Assembly: GCA_946965045.2 (NCBI GenBank)
Contig: OX337240.1
Location: 558,001-622,000 of the forward strand
Length of the DNA stretch: 64,000 nucleotides
Source: Epithemia pelagica
Taxonomy: Eukaryota; Protista; Bacillariophyta
Direction of reading: 5' to 3'
Shown: positions 10,317-21,017 of the stretch, piece by piece
How positions within the stretch are numbered: the stretch's first letter is position 1
How the letters are laid out: every line of letters begins with the position of its first letter
The notes under the pieces: model-generated
Told to the model about the DNA's origin: nothing
What the model saw: the letters and a program-made list of their open reading frames with translations, nothing else
The model's database searches: none
Made by a program: the position numbers and the translations under genes

Positions 10317-11416
10317 ATGTCGACTCCATCGGGTTCCAATGGCAACATATCGATCGAGGTCAACACGGACTACCAAGGAGCCATTCGATTTCCAGCATGG
10401 ATTTGTTTGGCCGTATTTAGCGGAGTCTGTTTGGTAGCCGCGTCGACCGAACTGGATTCCGAAGATCGTGGTTCGGAAGAACGATGGACAATGACTGTTT
10501 CGGCAATTAGTATGTCAGTCTCAATTGTTGCCACCCTCGCCTACCTCTTTGTTCGAGGCATCTTTCTTGGAACGCCAATTGCCGAAGGTGTCATGGTAGG
10601 TTACAAACGTTTCAGTTGCCAGGTTTTCGAAAAATGATTCGTGGATGAAAATCTGTCGAACAAAGTAGTCGCTCTCTCACGTGTTGTTGTCGAACCTGTT
10701 TCCAGACGATCATTCTCCTTACTTTCTGGGGAATTGGATTGCCAGTGATTATGGGTCCAAACAACGGCATTGCCGTGGCTGGAAACGTCGTTGTGAATGC
10801 CAATCTCTACTTTTTCTCTTGGATCAGTTTTGCCGTCTGTGTCTTGTTGACCTTGTCCTTGCTTCAAGAAACCATGGGCATTGACGCACGACAAACAGAA
10901 GGCAAGCAGGCTCGATGGTTCTTTCTCTTTGCCTCCAGTTTGGTCGTCATGGGTTCCGCTACCCGCGTCTTTAATGCTGACTCGAACCCGTGTGATCAGG
11001 ATGAATTCAATGGAGAGGAAATCAATGGAGAGAAATTCTGTAAGCGTGCAAAATTTGCCATTGCCTTGGGTGTCATTTCTGTCGTAGCCGCCCTCGCCAT
11101 GACTCTTGCCGTCTTCAAGCACTTGGCAGCTGCGATTATTGAACTTGGTGTCTCATCCTTGTTGATTATCCTTTGGACCTTTGGAGTTGGATTCATCACC
11201 TTTGGAGGAGCCTCGTCGCCTGGAACAAGTATCGGTAACCTCTACTTTTCTACCTGGATCTCGTTCGTCCTCACGGTCCTGTTGTTTGGGAAAAGTTTCC
11301 AGGAAACCTTGGGCATGGCGCAAGCTGGCCCTTCCACTACCAATGACCCCACTGCCCCCGACGAAAACAATCACGATGCCACTCCCCCAACTCTTCCAAA
11401 TGAAGAAGACTTTTAG
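10317..11416 (+). CDS. Multi-pass membrane protein with duplicated NLYF(F/S)(S/T)W tetraspan-like halves; exons 10317-10595 and 10706-11416
   Basis: A GTAGGT...TTCCAG intron (10596-10705) joins the two ORFs in frame. About eight hydrophobic segments; ANLYFFSW and GNLYFSTW repeat. Confidence 0.75.
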
Positions 11417-11582
11417 AATATTTGACACAGCTTATTGTATGAGAGGGAACAGCTCGTAAAGATAGCAGGGCCTAGCGTTAATCTTCGTTTTATAAATACA
11501 TCAACGTGACTTACGACTGTTCCCTAAGTAGTTGGAAGTTCAGATGCAACTTTGGTGCCCCATGCGACACAGTTGCATGTAT

Positions 11583-11773
11583 GGAACGTGAACTATCTTT
11601 ACCATTAGTTCATCCCAGTAGCTGTAGAGCTAGGTCCAACATAGCTGCTTCGTGGAAAGACTAGGATTTACCTCCAGAAGGAACGTGAATCTTCACAACA
11701 TTAGCGGATTCATCCCTGTAGCTGTAGAGCTAGGTCCGACACAGCTGCTTCGTGGAAAGACTAGGATTTACCT
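11583..11773. repeat. Two-copy ~100-bp tandem direct repeat
   Basis: The core ttcatccc-gtagctgtagagctaggtcc-aca-agctgcttcgtggaaagactaggatttacct occurs at 11609-11673 and 11709-11773. Confidence 0.9.
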
Positions 11774-11854
11774 AGGTTCTACCTAGTAAATCGCAAGGTA
11801 CCAAGAAAGCAATCTACCTGATGACTGATGATGTTTGATCTACAAACTCTGTTG

Positions 11855-11886
<32 letters not shown>

Positions 11887-12514
11887 GATGATGATTCTGA
11901 AATTTATGAGAACGGCAAAAGAATTACGGCAGATGGTTTCGATCCAAACCAACCGCACCTTTCGTGGCCGTTTTGCGAGAGCACCCATTGTGGCCCGTTC
12001 ACGGTCCAAAGATGTGAGGATCTCGTGTTTCGCACGACAACCTGTAAACAAGATGACTAACGGAATGGAACCGTCATCAAAGCATGGTACGGCAACTTTG
12101 CCTCGACTGTTTACCATGTGCATCCATGCATTGAACGGATCTTCCCGTCACGTATCGTGGTTTAAGTGGAATTTCCTTCCGTTTGAACCGAGGAGCCAGG
12201 ATTGAGTCCACCTAGCTTGGTCTTGGTTTGGTCTTTCCCGGACCGTGCGAAAAGGTTTCTGTACGGGACACAGTACACAATTATCAATCGCGCCCGCCGG
12301 GCTCTCTCTGCGCCACCACAATCTCTCCAAGGATTGCCACATTTTACATTTTGCCAATGTGCCCATATCGATTGTCCATTCTCATTTTTTCACGAGGCAG
12401 CTGTGTTTCTTCTCTGGTGTTGTAGCGCACAAGCAACAGGAACATCGAGTCGACATGTCTTGCACAAGACGGAACCATGCACTTTATTGGGTAAGATATC
12501 CAAGAATACGCTGG

Positions 12515-13548
12515 ATGAGGCTTGTTCTGTGCCTCATTCTTCTCTCCAGCAGCACTACAACCATCCAAGCCGCATATCCCACACCACCAACAACAACAAC
12601 ACCCTGCGATTGTCCTTTGTTGAGTTATATATTTCGTCTGGATTTCAGTTTGCCCTGTGTCCGTTCGTCACAACACAATACTTCCTCCTGCATTGTGGAA
12701 CCTGTGCTCGGAAGCAGCAGCAACCAGGACAAGCTGAGTCCCATCCAACTCAGTCTCATTCAAGTATTGGAATTGGGACGCTCGTCGTGGAACAATGACT
12801 TAATCGTCTTGGAACAAACCGAGTATTCGGTCGAGAACGCGGTGCCCTTCATGTCGGATGGATCCTTTTTTGCCTACACCCCCTCCAATGGGACGGCAAC
12901 GACCACCACTTTTCCAGTCGTGGGCTTGCAACTCAACATGGTGGGCATCAATCAAGACCGACAAGCCTTGGTTCTGGGCAGTGCCCTACTGTTTGAACCA
13001 AGTCCTTCCAATTGTCCTTCCTTTCCCCGGTTACCAGCGGGAACGCAACTGGGATGGGCACAAGTCATTCATGTCTCGGAGAGCAGTTCGAAAGGGTGTA
13101 GTGGTACGTGGAGTCGCCTGATTTGCTGACACAGAGCTTGAGTACTCACAAATTCTGCTCCTGACGTCTGTTGCGGTTCGCGTGTTCCTTCCCACGTTTT
13201 CTCATCATTTCCCATCCACAATTTTTTGCGTGTGGCCATTCTCATTCGACAGACGTGATCCACCAACGGCGCACAAGGGATGCTTTACCCGTGACAGGTA
13301 CGCCTCCATGGATTCGATGCGGAGAGTATTTGCAGCAGCATCGTATCCTTCTGACACGTTTGTGGTATTTCCAATTTCATTGTCTCATGGCTGTCCATGT
13401 CCACAGACAACTCTGTCCGGACAAGCTCCAAAGGGCCTCCATGTGCCTTGGATGTAGCCGCCGCCTTTGTCCAACAGCAGAAGCAGCAGGTCCAACGGCA
13501 CCACGCCCGAGCCGAGGATCGTCGACGGTGAAAGTGGTAGGGCACTGA
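12515..13548 (+). CDS. Secreted Cys-containing uncharacterised protein; proposed exons 12515-13103 and 13253-13548
   Basis: Signal peptide MRLVLCLILLSSSTTTIQA, then CDCPLLSYIFRLDFSLPC, VLEL, GLQLNMVGINQ, QLGW. A GTACGT...GACAG intron restores the frame. Exon 2 is less certain. Confidence 0.6.
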
Positions 13549-14042
13549 ACGCGCCGAATCATTGATTTCGTGGAACCCAACCGTCGGTTCGTCGCACCAT
13601 GTCTGTTGGATACTTTTTTATGGAATAGAGAGTTATAGAATTTGGGTGTCTAGGTAGTTGTGATGTGATTCTTGTAGCCGCAACATTTTCGTGGTGGTGG
13701 ACCGGAAACTCTCGCCATAGCTGAGATACCACCTGCAACGCTTCTTACATAGTGAATCTTGACAACAGGATTCCCCTCTTTCCTTCCTGCCGTGGTGTCA
13801 ATTCTACGTTGGCACTTCTTAGCACCATGGACGGCAGGATGGAGCGTCTTTGCATCATGGTCTTCGGCACAAGAGATGCGAGGCACTTCACCGCGGTAAA
13901 TGCGACCGAAACCCTTTTGAATTCTCCGCATAATAAGCGACCTATGAGCGACCTTTCTTCCAGACCCACGGGGCAACCCGGCATGGATTTTTCGGGAACG
14001 CGACAATGGGCATGACCAGCACCACACATGTTGTGAACCACC

Positions 14043-17000
14043 ATGCCCCTGGTTGTCTCGGACCATGACGTATCGTCCTTGACACATTTGGTCCTCCCAA
14101 CGGCGACACAAACTCCAAATCCAACCTTTAAATCCTTTGCAGCGGATTGCTGCCGCCGTCGACACTGTTCTTGTCGTTCTTTCGGGTTCGTGGTGGCTGG
14201 TTGGTGGATTGCCATGACATTTCTTTGGCGTAGTCGTACGACCATGGCGCGAGCCAGGACGGTTCGTTCTTGTTCGTGCATCGAGATTCAAATCCAAGGA
14301 CGACGCCCTCTTTGTTCGGTTCCGTTTCCTTCCTTGTGGACCCACCGAGACAGAAGGACGACGACAAGGCGACCACCACGGTTGGCCTTTCAGTCGTTCG
14401 AGATCACCACAACGACACAGCAACAGAGAAGGAGTAGTAGTAGTGCAAGTAGAACTACAACCACATGGATGGTTCGTCCACCATGGCGAAACCATTGGTC
14501 GATGAGGGGTGCTCCCCTTCGATCCTTTGCCACTTCCAATTCGCTGGAATCTCCGTCTTCGTCTTCTTCTTCTTTGGCCCGTGACAGCGCTTCCAGCACC
14601 GACAAGAAGGCGAACGATGCAGACATCGAAAGTGTCTATGAAGAACTCGTATCCCTGTCATCCACGATTCGTCAATACGATGCCTGGTACTATAACGATC
14701 CATCCGGAACGACTCACCACCCTTCCATACTAAAAAGTGACGAGAGTGGAGTTTCACCACTACCATTCCAGAATCCTCCCTCGGATGACGAATACGATGC
14801 CTTGGTGCTTCGAGAAGCACACTTGTGTCAAGAGTATCCACACTTGTTGCAACGATTGGAAACAGAAACTCAATTGGGGTCTCGTGCCACACGGTATGGA
14901 GGACGGGTAGGTTCCATTGTGGTCCTCCAAGATTCCCAAACAGCAACCACCACCACAACCAGCTCCTCCTCATCCTCAATCTTCCAGGATGAGGACGAGC
15001 AAGACATGTCTTCCTCGAATGAAACGACAACAACATCAACTGTTGCTTCCTCTTCCGATCGGTTTGCCCTGAAACAACGCCATGGACGTCGCATGTTGTC
15101 CTTGGACAATCTTGTCACCCGCGAAGAACTCGGATATTGGTTGGATCGCGTGGCCAAAGCAGCAGTAGCAACAGCAGCGACCTCGCATTCGGACCACAAC
15201 CAATCTTTCTCCAACGACAAGAACCACATGGACAACCATAAGACCATTGACATTACGACGGAACCCAAAATTGATGGTCTGTCCTTGTCCTTGCGGTACA
15301 CTCGAACCGAACACGTCAATCGCAACGACGACGACAAGAACAACACGGTGTGGACCTTGCAATGGGCGGCTACACGAGGAGATGGACACTGGGGACAAGA
15401 TGTCACGGCAACGATTCAGGCCAATGCCAAGAGCTTGGGAATTCCCTTGGAATTCTTGAAGAATCACCCGTTGGACCATGAGGACGTCAGTGTGATGGAA
15501 ATTCGAGGGGAAGTCGTCTTTCCGACATCCGTCTTTCGACACGAGGAAGCACTCTCCAACTTTTCCAATCCACGCAATGCTGCCAGTGGTATTTTGTTGC
15601 GCAAAGACGAGACAGACGAATCGAGAGACTTGCAAAGCAATCTCCGATTTTATACCTATGACATGGTTTTGTTGGCCGAGGAGGATTCCGTGACAGTGGC
15701 ACCAACGACGACTTTGGATCAATCGAGTGGCAATGAAATTCGCCAAACACTGGAACAATTGGGATTCATTCTACCCAGACCCTTTGTGACCACCACGCTC
15801 CATCTTCCTCCTGATCTGGAGACGTTGAGCAATGTGTGGAATGATACCGATATTTCTGGTATGCTCGAGTATCTGGAACAACTGAAATTGCATCGCGAGA
15901 ACGAGGGAACAATGGCAGTTCCTTCACCCGCAAAGCGAAAAAGTTTGAAGAAAGGAGGCAGTCGCAATACCACACCAAAAGACTGGCAAAATCTTTGGGG
16001 TGATTACGAAATGGATGGTTGTGTGCACAAAGTAGACAATGCCACAATTCGAACTCAAATGGGAGAAACAAGCCGGGCACCACGATGGGCCGTGGCACAC
16101 AAATTTCCCGCCAAAGCTGCCGTGACGAGACTCGTAGGATTGGATGTACAGGTTGGTCGAACGGGAGTGCTGACTCCCGTGGCTGTCTTGGAACCAGTCA
16201 CCTTGGATGGAGTTACCATCAAAAGTGCCACCTTGCATAATTTTGGAAAAATGCGAGAAATATTGCTTGAGGATGGAGGCGACGCAATGCAAGCAACGTT
16301 GGATACCAGCAAAAGCAGCAATGCGCAGATTATTCCGAGAGGTGTGTCTGTAATGGTTCGTCGATCAGGAGATGTCATTCCTCAGGTATTTCAACGCGTT
16401 AGTTCCTTGGTTACAAGTACGCAACACGACGGTACCACTAGTGACAACGAGACTATTTCCTTGGCAACCCCCCAAACATGTCCAGCCTGTGGCTCACCAG
16501 TCGAACAAACAATGGCACGATCATCTACCAAAGAACCAACGGGCCAAATCGTTCGATGCACGGGACCTATGCTACTCTGCGAACCTCGCGCCTTGGGCAA
16601 TCTGCAGTTTGCCTTTGCACGGGATGCATTCAATGTGAAAGGTTTGTCGGAATCTCGCCTACGGCAGTTACGAGAAGAGGGCTTGGTACAGGTTCCTAGT
16701 GACTTGTTTCGTCTCACCCGAAACGAAACCGAATTTGTGGAAAAAGTTTCCGAATTGCATGGATGGGGTGAAAAATCGGCTCTCAACTTGGCCCATGCGA
16801 CCAATAAAGTGGCGACAGAAGGAGTTTCGTTGTCCAGATTTATCTATTCTCTCGGAGTGCCCTTTGTCGGTAAGGGCGCATCCGAAATTGTCGCGAGCGT
16901 GTACAAATCCGTGGATGCCTTCTTGTTGGACATTAAGAATGTGCCACAACTGCAGTACCCTGATCTGGAATCGTTTCCATATCTTCGAGAAGAAAATGAT

Positions 17001-17750
17001 TCGACCAAAGGTATCGGACCAGCACTCTTGGAATCTCTTGTTCGATTTTCCCTCGAAGCATCCGTTGTACGAAATGTCTTGGAACTGCGAGAGTTGGTTC
17101 ATGTAATTGATGAACCTCGGGGTACGGAGAACACGGTGGACCAACTCAATCCAATGGACGGGCCGCTCAAGGGAATGAACGTGGTTTTCACGGGCAAGTT
17201 AGACGGTTTTAGCCGAAACGAAGCACAAAACATGGCCAAACAAATGGGGGCGACAAAAACGTCCGTAAAGGTGACAAAAGCCACTGACTTGGTTGTGGCG
17301 GGAGAAAAAGCTGGATCCAAACTGTCTGACGCTGAGTCACTAGGCATTCGCGTCATGGATGCCAATGAATTTGTGGAGTTACACAAGTCTCAAACATGGA
17401 ACGAACCGTCACAAGAAGGAAAAGTCGAACCTGGAAAATTGGCTGTCGATCCAGAAAGGACTGCTGTTGGAGATCCAACGATGAAGGGAGGACCCCTGCA
17501 GGGCATGAAAGTTGTATTTTCTGGTTCCTTGGGACGCATCAACAGAGAGAAGGCCCAGCGCATTGCTCTACAATTAGGGGCAAAGTCCACCTCGACAAGC
17601 GTCACCAAGCTGACGGATTTGGTCGTTATCGGAAGTAGGGCTCGGAAGAATGTGCGGGAGGATGCAGAGCAACTTGAAATCACAGTCATGGAGGCAGACG
17701 AATTTCTCTCTTTGGCGAAATCGTTGGAAGCTGAGGAAACCACGAACTGA
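14043..17750 (+). CDS. ligA: NAD+-dependent DNA ligase with an N-terminal extension and two BRCT domains; alternative start ATG at 14214
   Basis: Domain Ia QYDAWYYND..SDDEYD; motif I EPKIDGLSLSLRY; EIRGEV; NPRNAASG; EMDGCVHK; APRWAVAHKF; OB fold VQVGRTGVLTPVA..LEPV, SATLHN, RSGDVIPQV; CPACGS..C..C zinc finger; HhH motifs; two BRCT repeats. No introns needed. Confidence 0.95.
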   Translation: MPLVVSDHDVSSLTHLVLPTATQTPNPTFKSFAADCCRRRHCSCRSFGFVVAGWWIAMTFLWRSRTTMARARTVRSCSCIEIQIQGRRPLCSVPFPSLWTHRDRRTTTRRPPRLAFQSFEITTTTQQQRRSSSSASRTTTTWMVRPPWRNHWSMRGAPLRSFATSNSLESPSSSSSSLARDSASSTDKKANDADIESVYEELVSLSSTIRQYDAWYYNDPSGTTHHPSILKSDESGVSPLPFQNPPSDDEYDALVLREAHLCQEYPHLLQRLETETQLGSRATRYGGRVGSIVVLQDSQTATTTTTSSSSSSIFQDEDEQDMSSSNETTTTSTVASSSDRFALKQRHGRRMLSLDNLVTREELGYWLDRVAKAAVATAATSHSDHNQSFSNDKNHMDNHKTIDITTEPKIDGLSLSLRYTRTEHVNRNDDDKNNTVWTLQWAATRGDGHWGQDVTATIQANAKSLGIPLEFLKNHPLDHEDVSVMEIRGEVVFPTSVFRHEEALSNFSNPRNAASGILLRKDETDESRDLQSNLRFYTYDMVLLAEEDSVTVAPTTTLDQSSGNEIRQTLEQLGFILPRPFVTTTLHLPPDLETLSNVWNDTDISGMLEYLEQLKLHRENEGTMAVPSPAKRKSLKKGGSRNTTPKDWQNLWGDYEMDGCVHKVDNATIRTQMGETSRAPRWAVAHKFPAKAAVTRLVGLDVQVGRTGVLTPVAVLEPVTLDGVTIKSATLHNFGKMREILLEDGGDAMQATLDTSKSSNAQIIPRGVSVMVRRSGDVIPQVFQRVSSLVTSTQHDGTTSDNETISLATPQTCPACGSPVEQTMARSSTKEPTGQIVRCTGPMLLCEPRALGNLQFAFARDAFNVKGLSESRLRQLREEGLVQVPSDLFRLTRNETEFVEKVSELHGWGEKSALNLAHATNKVATEGVSLSRFIYSLGVPFVGKGASEIVASVYKSVDAFLLDIKNVPQLQYPDLESFPYLREENDSTKGIGPALLESLVRFSLEASVVRNVLELRELVHVIDEPRGTENTVDQLNPMDGPLKGMNVVFTGKLDGFSRNEAQNMAKQMGATKTSVKVTKATDLVVAGEKAGSKLSDAESLGIRVMDANEFVELHKSQTWNEPSQEGKVEPGKLAVDPERTAVGDPTMKGGPLQGMKVVFSGSLGRINREKAQRIALQLGAKSTSTSVTKLTDLVVIGSRARKNVREDAEQLEITVMEADEFLSLAKSLEAEETTN

Positions 17751-18032
17751 CAATATTTCTATCTCTTTGCCCAACTTCCGAATTGGTAGAGTATCTCGTC
17801 ATGCATGTGATACCTAGCGAAAACATGCTTCTATTGGCAGCTACCACAGCGATGGATTTGACCCAGTCCCAAGTGTGACTGTATAGTGACTGTATAGTCC
17901 CCACTTCCAGTTTTGCAGCAGGTCAAGGGAATAGATAGAGCACTAAAGCTGCTCTGTGTTTTAGTATCTAAACGAAGCAGTCCGGCGAGTGTCAGTGAAC
18001 CTTTGATACAACGCTACTACCTAGGTAGTTAG

Positions 18033-20555
18033 TTATCCGAACGCATTGTCCGGCCCCTTCTCATTCAAGTGTGCTCGAATCTCTTCATAGTTTCCGAGTT
18101 TGGGTAGATTTAACGAGGAGCGAATGAGATTGCTTTCCGAGGAACAAATGGGTCGGAATGCCGGTGTTTTTCGGATCAACTCATTGAATCCAGGACTGCA
18201 TCTCATGGCCAGGACAAAGCCAATGACGCCTCCCAACACGGCAATGCCCACTCCACTCAGTACCAACACCCCGGCCGGGATACTACTACGACTGCGGTCA
18301 TAGGCGCCAGAGTACTCATCGTCCGTGTAGTAGTAATTGATTTGTTCGTCCTCGGAAATGGTACGGTTTTGTTCCACCAGCATGGCAATCCCTCCAAAAT
18401 CACACGTGGCACCCTGGGTGAAATATCGGGCAAAGTAATCCGAAATCAGAGTATTGGCCTGGTCCAAAAAGGCATCGCCGTGGAGGTCCAAAATTGCTTC
18501 CCGGGTGCTATTGGTAGCATTTTCCATTTCCAACACATAGGTGACCGCCTTGCGCACGGAAGAATCCAATTGATTGCGTTTCACGACACAAACATAGTCG
18601 TTATTGTCTTCCCGAGAGCACGCATGTGTAATATCTTGATTGGTCGTCAGACTGCCCCGAGGAATCCATCCCTTATCCAAAGCCGCCATGTACGACCATT
18701 GAGGATCGTACAAGTCTGTGCGAAAGTTCTGCCAACAGAAGAAGTTTTTGCTTCCATGAGCACACACGCACACACACACAAAATGATTCTCACCGACACA
18801 CACGCACTTACCCAAAAATAAAATCCATGGGCAATGCGCGCAAAGGCGTCCAATTTCTTGAGTGCCAAATTTCGCATGACATTGTCCGTGTCGTCCAAAT
18901 GCTTGGGTGCCCCCGGGGGTGCCTTGACCCAATCTCGACCGGTCAAGGGATCTCCACTGGATTCCTTGATCCAATCCCGCGTGGAGGGACAAAATCCATA
19001 AATCGGACCCGACAGACCCGTCCCATAGGGCCCCTGCAAGGGTTTGGAGGGATCCAATGGAACACCGGGTTGACTGCTGCCCAAATAGGAATCGGCACAC
19101 ACCTGAAACTTGCAAGGCAATCGTGGAAAGCCTGGTAAATTGTCATTGAATCCATTCAACCACATGGCACAATTGTCCGTGGCCAAGGACCATTCACCGA
19201 CAATGACGGGTCCAAATTCCCGTTCCATTTCGGCCAAGGCACCCTTCATGGAACAGGCATTTTTATAAAAGCCAATACGTGAATCGGGATCTCGCCAGGC
19301 TTGATAAATGTGGGTATCCAAGGCTCGTTCGGGACATCCTTCCATGAAACCACCCCAAATACTCGTATCCAATCGAAAGGAATCATGCATAATGTATTTC
19401 CAATAGGGAGCCGATTGTTTGACAATCAAGTATCCTTCCCAATAAAATCGTTTGAGTACCTCAATGGGTGTATATTGCCAGGGTTCATTGACGGGTTCCA
19501 ATCCCAAAACGGCCGGATGTCCGGCATAGCGATCGACAATGTCTTGAATGACGGCCAAGGAATGTTGGACGTTTTCGTAATTGATACTGGGATAACTGGC
19601 GGTGGATTGATCAAAGTATCCCAACCAGCGAGCATCCCGAATCGGCCAATGCTGAAAGGAAATTTGATCCACATATTCGGCACTGACCGTAGTAGAGAAA
19701 AGGACCAGAAAAGAGAGCGACAAAAAGTACAGTTTGCAAATGTTTCGTTGGATATCAGTGTTCACACAAGACCCTGTTGCCACAAGATCAACCAACACTC
19801 AAGTGGTTTCACAACACTCTCCAACACACACACACACACACTTACCCAAGGGCCGACGTCCATTCAAAGCCCATGGCCTGTCCAGAATTGTCAAATCCAT
19901 TTTGCGAATCCTTCATGGTATGAATATCAAACAAGACGGACAGTCCATGCGAATAGGCCCAATCCAAGAGATTGTCAATATACTCCAAGGCACCGTCAAA
20001 GCAGCCATCCGCATACGGTCCATAGGGTCGATAGAGGTAATCTCCCACGGGCAACCGCAAGGAATTGACGGCCCCGCTAGTGGCCAATTGGGCAATAATG
20101 TCTTCGGTCACCCAGCGATCCCAATGATGTCGCAATTGTCGATTGGCTTCCGTGGCACCCAGTACTTGACAAAAGGTATAGGTGTCAAAGGCGGTACTGT
20201 TTTCACCCCCACTCAAAAATTGATAAAACAAGGAGGGTGTAATCCAGGGTTCCAAAACCATCCATCCACCCAAATTGACTCCACGAATTTGATTGTTGAA
20301 CGGACGGGCATGTTCATCCGCCGAACACGTCATGGTCTGATTGTGGGCCAAAAAATGACGAAATTGGGTCCATTCCGAAGCATCGGTATAGTCGGTCGTG
20401 CGGCTGCTGGTGGTTGTGGTGTCCTCGGTACGAGAGCTGCGGCTGCTGGTTTCTCCCGACAAGGAGACGGACGAACTGGAATCCACCCCAGTCAGGAGAC
20501 TCAACAGTACCAGGCCGAGCAACTGCAGCAGCTTGTAGGGAGTCTGGATCGCCAT
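18033..20555 (-). CDS. GH5 exo-1,3-beta-glucanase (glucan 1,3-beta-glucosidase) with X8-like domain and C-terminal TM; exons 20555-19846, 19682-18812, 18728-18033 (758 aa)
   Basis: Signal peptide; RGVNLGGWMVLEPWITPSLF; LRLPVGD; DIH..KDSQNGFDNSG; catalytic VNEP and VGEWSLA; W|NFRT across intron 2; X8-like ATCDFGGIA. GT-AG introns of 163 and 83 bp keep the frame. Confidence 0.93.
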
Positions 20556-20923
20556 CCTTTGGTGTTGTTCAAGGACACAATCAATCACGACTCGTTGACA
20601 CCCAAAGGCAAAAATAGTCAATGGACCAAAGACGGCCAACAAAAGCACTCAATGAAGCAGAAATACTATAGTGTCACTCGACGATGAGATGATCAAGACG
20701 TTTGTTGTTGTGGTATCCGTGTCAGAAACAGCTTCCACAGTACAAAGGCAGAAACAAGGTCGACACAAGTGGTATTCTTCTCGTGTAGAGTATAATAGAC
20801 CAACGTCGCTCTGTTTTTTATTCAATCGGATGGATGGATGGATCGCATAGATCCAAGATCTGCGTACTGTTTTCGCGATGCGCGACAACGAATCTTTTCG
20901 AAAGCGAATCATCCCCAACTTTA

Positions 20924-21017
20924 CTGGAGTTGGTTCCAGTCGTGCGACCCGTCTGGACGTCCACCCTACAATCCCTGGAGTTGGCTCCAGTTGTGCGACC
21001 CGTCTGGACGTCCACCC
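20924..21017. repeat. Two 43-bp units with a 51-bp period, upstream of the glucanase
   Basis: ctggagttggYtccagtYgtgcgacccgtctggacgtccaccc at 20924-20966 and 20975-21017. Confidence 0.9.

Noticed and set aside
11583-11773. CRISPR-like repeat-spacer pattern
   Set aside because: Only two units of about 100 bp, related 'spacers', no cas genes, and a eukaryotic context.
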